From the NCBI GenBank assembly GCA_950097015.1, contig CATNEN010000038.1, positions 20,398,001-20,462,000 of the forward strand: a stretch of 64,000 nucleotides of DNA. The letters are read 5' to 3'. The DNA comes from Macrostomum hystrix (lineage: Eukaryota > Animalia > Platyhelminthes). This document shows, in pieces, positions 58,748 to 64,000 of this stretch. The stretch's first letter is position 1. Each line of letters begins with the position of its first letter. Under the pieces are notes generated by a model. The model made no database searches. It was not told where the DNA came from and worked only from the letters and a program-made list of their open reading frames with translations. A program made the translations under genes and the position numbers.

Positions 58748-59991
58748 TCTGATGCTTTCAGATACAATTACAAATCAAGCTAAAATTATAATAATCCTGC
58801 GGAAACGAAATACAATCGAGTCTTAAATAGAATTTAGAAAAGCAAAAGAGAATAAGGAGCACAAAGAACAAAACTGGTATGCCATAAAAACCGAAAGTTT
58901 TTTATTGGGCAACCATAAGCTGAAAGGAAAACTTGTTCATAGATTAGAGAAAAATTTTTCGTCGAATAGATTCTCTTGACGCTTTTTACAGGGTCACACA
59001 ACGAAATAACATACGACCTGACGTTTATGTCTTGTCAAGCCATAAAATTATTTGTACACTTAAAGCAGCTTAAAACTGTGCAAAATTTGTTATGTTTGCT
59101 AAGAAAGTTACCGCTTTAACAAAGTATATATTTACACACAATGTAAAAATTAAAAAATAAATCTTTTACTATAAGAAGTATACAAATTTTTTTTAAAAGC
59201 ATAGATTTTACACAAACTACACTACATGAAAAAACTAGAATCTTTTTAAATTTAAAGAAAATAGAAATGAAATGTAAATGTCAACCATTAATTTGTTTTG
59301 AATTTGAACAAATACTATCAATAAATGTTCCCATGAAGTCTAATTTTAAATAATATAATATATGCTACAGCGCAGCAGTTAGGCCCCATATTCTGGATCA
59401 TGTATTGCACGCCAGAATTTTCTGGCGTGTGTTTTCAAATTTGGCATGCAGTGGCGTGCAAACGGAAAAATTGTAGTGTAATAGTAAGGGCTCTATGTGG
59501 CGTGACGTGCGCCTGTGGTGGTGGCGTGAAAAAACATTATGGAATACGCGACATTTTGTGTTCATGTTTGTGTATTATGTGTATCTGTGTATCTGTATTA
59601 TTTTTATCTGAAATTTTGCTTTTTTCAATTATTGCTTCTAGGCCTAATGTTTTTACAAATTAAAAAAAAATTATTGAATTATTTTTTACATACACATATT
59701 TCTTTTTTTGCACTTTGTCTTTTCAATATTTGCTTTGTAGTAATGCATTTTTTCATATTCAAATTTAAACAAATTGCTTAGGAATAGATCTATAGGTATA
59801 GGTTTAGGTACAAGCGTTTTGATATATATGGATATTTGTATGAATATGGTTAGGTATTGATGTACATATATAGACATGTATACATATCAATGTTATTTGG
59901 GAAGGTGTTAGCAAAATTAAATTTGCTGTTGGTGTGCAAATTTTTTTTTTATTTCTGTATCTGGCATGCGTGCACCCAGTATGATCTAGAC

Positions 59992-60435
59992 GGTACCTGG
60001 ACACTTCGTCATCTTACAACTTCATCATCCAGATGACAATCTGTCCAATATCTTAGAGGGTGGATGACGAAGAGACTTAGACTTGAGGATACTTCGTCAT
60101 CTAGATCTATAAAACAAAAGTTTTCAAAGTTAGAATAGAACCACCACTCCCCACCCCTCCTCACATCATGTTGGCACCTATCCTTCAACACTTATAATGA
60201 AATCAGTTTTGACACCTTTTTGACAATTTAGAGTGTGAAGTGTGTTCACACCTCTGCCCCACCACCCCACCCTCACTTTATTGATGACGAACCTGATTGC
60301 TTGTTAATAGTAGATGACGAACTGACCAAACTTTAAAGCATGCCAATTGGCTGGATGACGAAGTGTCCTACCTTCCAAGTGGATGACGAAGTTGTAAGAT
60401 GACGAAGTTGTAAGATGACAAAGTGTCTAGGATCC
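59992..60435. mobile_element. Foldback-type MITE, 444 bp, GG termini, 8-bp TSD
   Basis: Imperfect ~40-bp TIRs built from acttcgtcatc/gatgacgaagt subrepeats; TSD atctagac (59984-59991, 60436-60443). Confidence 0.82.
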
Positions 60436-62457
60436 ATCTAGACTATGGTATAGGCCTAACAAGATGACAACAGTTCTAGAAATACTGCATAATGTAAATT
60501 TGTTGTTTATTTTTGTCAATGTATAAATAACTTTTTTGTTGCATAAATTATGTACATTAATAAAGTGTGCCTATTAAATTATTATGGACATATCACATCA
60601 GTTTTAACCCACAGTCTACAAATATTGACAGGTTTGTTAATTTTGTTAAAGAAAGTTTGTATTTCCACTTATTGTCTACATTAAATATAGAAAAGCAAAT
60701 ATAAACAGCTGAGGCTCAAAGTCTAATCTGAGAGTCTGGGTTCATGTTTTTGTTTAGTCACAATGTAGAGAAATGATCAAACAACTAGCATAAATTACAC
60801 TAAGGTATTTAAATTATAGACTACATGTAGTCTAAACAAATAGTCAGATTTTTTTATCTAGGTGTAATAAATAAGTTGTTGTGCACAGTCTATTTGTTAC
60901 TTTAACTTGAACTGGCTTTAGTAGATTAGGTGGAACAAACAAAATTTGGTTGGATGATATATAGCAGCTAGATTGCCAAGCTAGGCTATGTCTAAATTTC
61001 AACTCAGATCTTACATATGACACTCATTGACTGATGCACTTAACCAATTAGAAATCGGCAATCTTACCCAGAATTCATTAATTTTATTACAAGCCATTTT
61101 TGTGCTCTATATATGACTTTTGAAAGTGCCCAATGAATGAATGGCAGTATTAGTCCCTGTTTATTGCTATATTTGTGATAATATGCACATGCTAGCAAAC
61201 TTGACACTGAATATCAATGCTTAGACTTGGCGCCTTGCAAGATTACAATAAACAAAAGTTTGGTAAAAAATGTAAGTTGCAGCGAAAATTTCGAATTTGT
61301 TGACTTTGTATTAAAGATTAAAGTCCCATAGCGTTCTGACATCTGCAGTTCATATTTTGTGCAGCTCATTGTCAGATTGGCAGACAAAAATGATCATTGT
61401 CACCACTATTTTGCTTCCATGTAAAGCGAAGCATTATGGTGTGTGTAGGGTATGTGTAGGGTTCTGTGTATGCGGAACACATTTTTGTGCTGTAGGCATT
61501 GCAATATGTATAGCTCATAAGTCGATGTTTAGAAAATAGCTTTTCTGCTTATCTTTGAAGGGTTTTTCTGCTTAACTTTTGTGGGCTACCGATTTTGGGT
61601 TTGGGCTCAGGGGAAGGAAATTTGAGGTGGGGTTTCACCAGCCATTGAGAGCGAGGTGTGTGATTGGCCAGTCATATTTTAGCCAGTGGTAAAGCAGGGG
61701 ATAGCCAATCCAGTTGTTATATATCATCCTTGTGCCCAACGCAACTCAGGGAAGATAAGGAGCTCTTAGAAGGTGAGAGGCGGACCAATTAGGAAGCGGC
61801 GTAAAGAGATAAAATGTAGAGATAGAGAACCAGACAGAATTAGAGCGAGGTGAGAACTGAGAGTGCAGAGGAACGAGAGAAAAGGCATGAAAGTCGGGAC
61901 AGATAATTGCATGAATTAAATTCCACCACAGCTACCAATGTAAGAGCCGAGAATGTGAGACAAAGTGTAATTGGCATGCACCATGAAGAGGTCGGGTGTT
62001 AAATTTTCTAGCAAATACAGCGATATCGATCAGGCGGGTTAAAAGTGACCACCACCCAAAGGTTTGGTGAATAACAAAATGATGTACGAAATAACAAGAA
62101 CGCAATATCAATGTAGCAGAGGGTATTGGCGCGGAGCAAAGCAAAATAAGTGCAATCCTGACAATATCGTGGCATGTGAGTACATTATATCACTATAAAC
62201 ACACATTGATAAATGTAAAATCTATCTTATATCTACCTTTCATTAGAGGCGGTTAAGTAATTCTTACGGCTACATTTATTACATTGATAAGAAGAATCCG
62301 AAATTTGATTTATATAAACACGCCACCAAACAGAACTATAAATTTTATTTGACTTCCAGTAACAACGCCCAGCAACCATTGATATCGCTACTGACATCAA
62401 TATAGCAGATTGGCGCCTTTCAGGGGCGTCTAATCTAGCACAGTAGGAGCGGTTGCC

Positions 62458-64000
62458 ATGCTAGTCGAGCAGCAGTCTCCAATTGAAGAGTCGGCAACTA
62501 TCTACCTGTCTCCATGCGCCGATTCGCATCCGTTTACAGACCGTTGCATCTCCGTGCCGCGTGTTCCATCTTTATCCTCATCGTCGGCGGTTCGAATCGG
62601 TCGAGCCAGCGGTCAGCTTCGGCCGGCTAAGGACAACGGCCTGTTCGATTGCAAAGTACTGAGCAGGTGTCACGCCCTTCTAGGCTATTCTATAGACGGC
62701 TCCTTCCTGCTGAGTGACACCCGCAGCAGCAATGGCACATTTGTCAACGGTGTTCGACTTGAGCGAAATCGACCCTGCAGCCTGTGCTCCGGTGACGTCA
62801 TCCAGCTAGGCGTGCCCGTGCGATGCCGCGACAAGCCGGTGTTCGCCTGCGTCAAGGCGCGCATTGTTGACCTGCGGCATCCCGATGGTCAGCCGGCTAT
62901 AGCTAGTCGAGCATCTTTGCGACAGCGCCGACGGCAACAGCAACGAAATCGTTACCATGGCGACGATAGCGAAGAGGATGAAGGCGAAGGTGTTGGTCAG
63001 ACCGAATTGCTCGCTCGCTGTCTGGAACGCGCCATGCAGCGAGAACGCCTCCTCGACTTGAAGCTGGCCTGCCTGCGTCGACGTCAGCTGCGTCGACAGC
63101 AGCAGAGGCGCGGCACTTCCTCCTCGTCGCTGATGACAGACGAATCGTCTTTGGCAGACTCGGACGATTCCTCGGCCGATTCTGGTCGGCTTCGTTTAAC
63201 CTGGCGTCGATTATCGGCCGATAGTCAAGCCGTTGCCCGTCTGAAATCTTTAGCAGCCGATGCAGCCGAAGTTGACATTAGCGGCGGCTTGGCTGAAATC
63301 TCCGACGCAGCCACCGACGCCTGGCTAGCCGAGCTAGATAGAGGCCTGGCCGAGCGCCAGGCTATGATTGGTCGACTGGCTGATTTGGAGGCCCAGCTAG
63401 ATCTGGGCGGACGCGAGTGCCAGCATCTATTAGCTAGGTGCGTATTGTTGACACGAGTGCCACTAGATCTAAGACTGGAAGTAGCTCGTACCAAAAAACT
63501 ACATATATATTCTGATGGCCCTTGAGGGCCAACCTTCAAGGTACAGTGAAAGTGTACACTATCTGACAATTAGAAAGTCAGGGCAGATGTGCCCACATGT
63601 GTGAGTGTGTGCTCAAGAGAGCACATGTCCGTTCAGGTCCGTGATTATTATTACTATCGAATAAATAATTGTGCTTGTGAGGCACATAACTCAATCTAGC
63701 TCATAACTCTAACTCAATTCAGCTATTTAAACTTTTTGTGTTCTTTAACTGACCAACAGATGCGACCAAATCGCCGGTATGCTAGCTGCTTCATCTACTA
63801 GTAGCAACTCTACCGAGCATCAGCACCAGCGGGGTGACATCGTCGGCGTCGCCGCGGCGGCAGTCGCCAACGGCGGCAGCGGCAGTCCAGCGGTGGTTGA
63901 CACCCTTGCCGTCGGTGTTCAGATTAGTTTAGTCGAGGAGCTGCTAGACTATGTGTTGGACAAGACTGGTCTTTGTCTAGACGCCGTTGTCGGCAACTCT
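62458..64000 (+). CDS. SLMAP: Sarcolemmal membrane-associated protein-like FHA/coiled-coil protein, 3' end outside window; exons 62458-63437, 63760->64000
   Basis: FHA domain HPFTDR..RIGRAS...RPAKDNGLFDCKVLSRCHA..DTRSSNGTFVN..SGDVIQLGV, then LERAMQRERLLDLKLACL. Phase-2 intron 63438-63759 leads into an open frame. Confidence 0.85.
63518..63655 (+). mobile_element. SINE family B fragment in SLMAP intron 1
   Basis: cccttgagggccaacc..cagtgaaagtgtacac..agaaagtcag..cagatgt..gtgtgtgctca followed by attattatta. Confidence 0.75.

Noticed and set aside
61620-61810. Cluster of CCAAT/ATTGG words upstream of SLMAP as a promoter
   Set aside because: Short motifs without TSS evidence; could be chance or repeat-derived
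63438-63525. C-terminal tail of the 355-aa ORF 62458-63525
   Set aside because: Read-through into the intron; the stop lies in a SINE B fragment, and a phase-compatible downstream exon starts at 63760

Overview
Eukaryotic (metazoan) genomic DNA, not prokaryotic. GC-rich exons rich in poly-Q/poly-A lie in AT-rich spacers, and almost every larger intron carries its own tandem minisatellite. This style suggests a free-living flatworm such as Macrostomum (inference only). Seven spliced genes can be reconstructed with frame-consistent GT-AG introns: HMG-CoA reductase (5'-truncated, +), a PSD/EFA6-type Sec7-PH Arf-GEF (+), a BRSK/SAD-1 kinase with a 13.6-kb intron (+), a GLIS1/3-type zinc-finger factor (-), a divergent nuclear receptor (-), UTP15 (-) and an SLMAP-like FHA protein (3'-truncated, +). 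Mobile DNA comprises an intact DD34D mariner with unusually long (~202-bp) TIRs, a deleted second mariner, a Merlin derivative with 8-bp TSD inserted into a SINE, two further 8-bp-TSD MITEs, and two tRNA-derived SINE families, one with a CORE-like domain. The most notable oddities are the long-TIR mariner, an Asp in place of the Sec7 catalytic Glu, a non-canonical nuclear-receptor P-box, and intronic minisatellites whose units repeatedly carry splice-signal-like motifs. All alignments and counts were done by eye.
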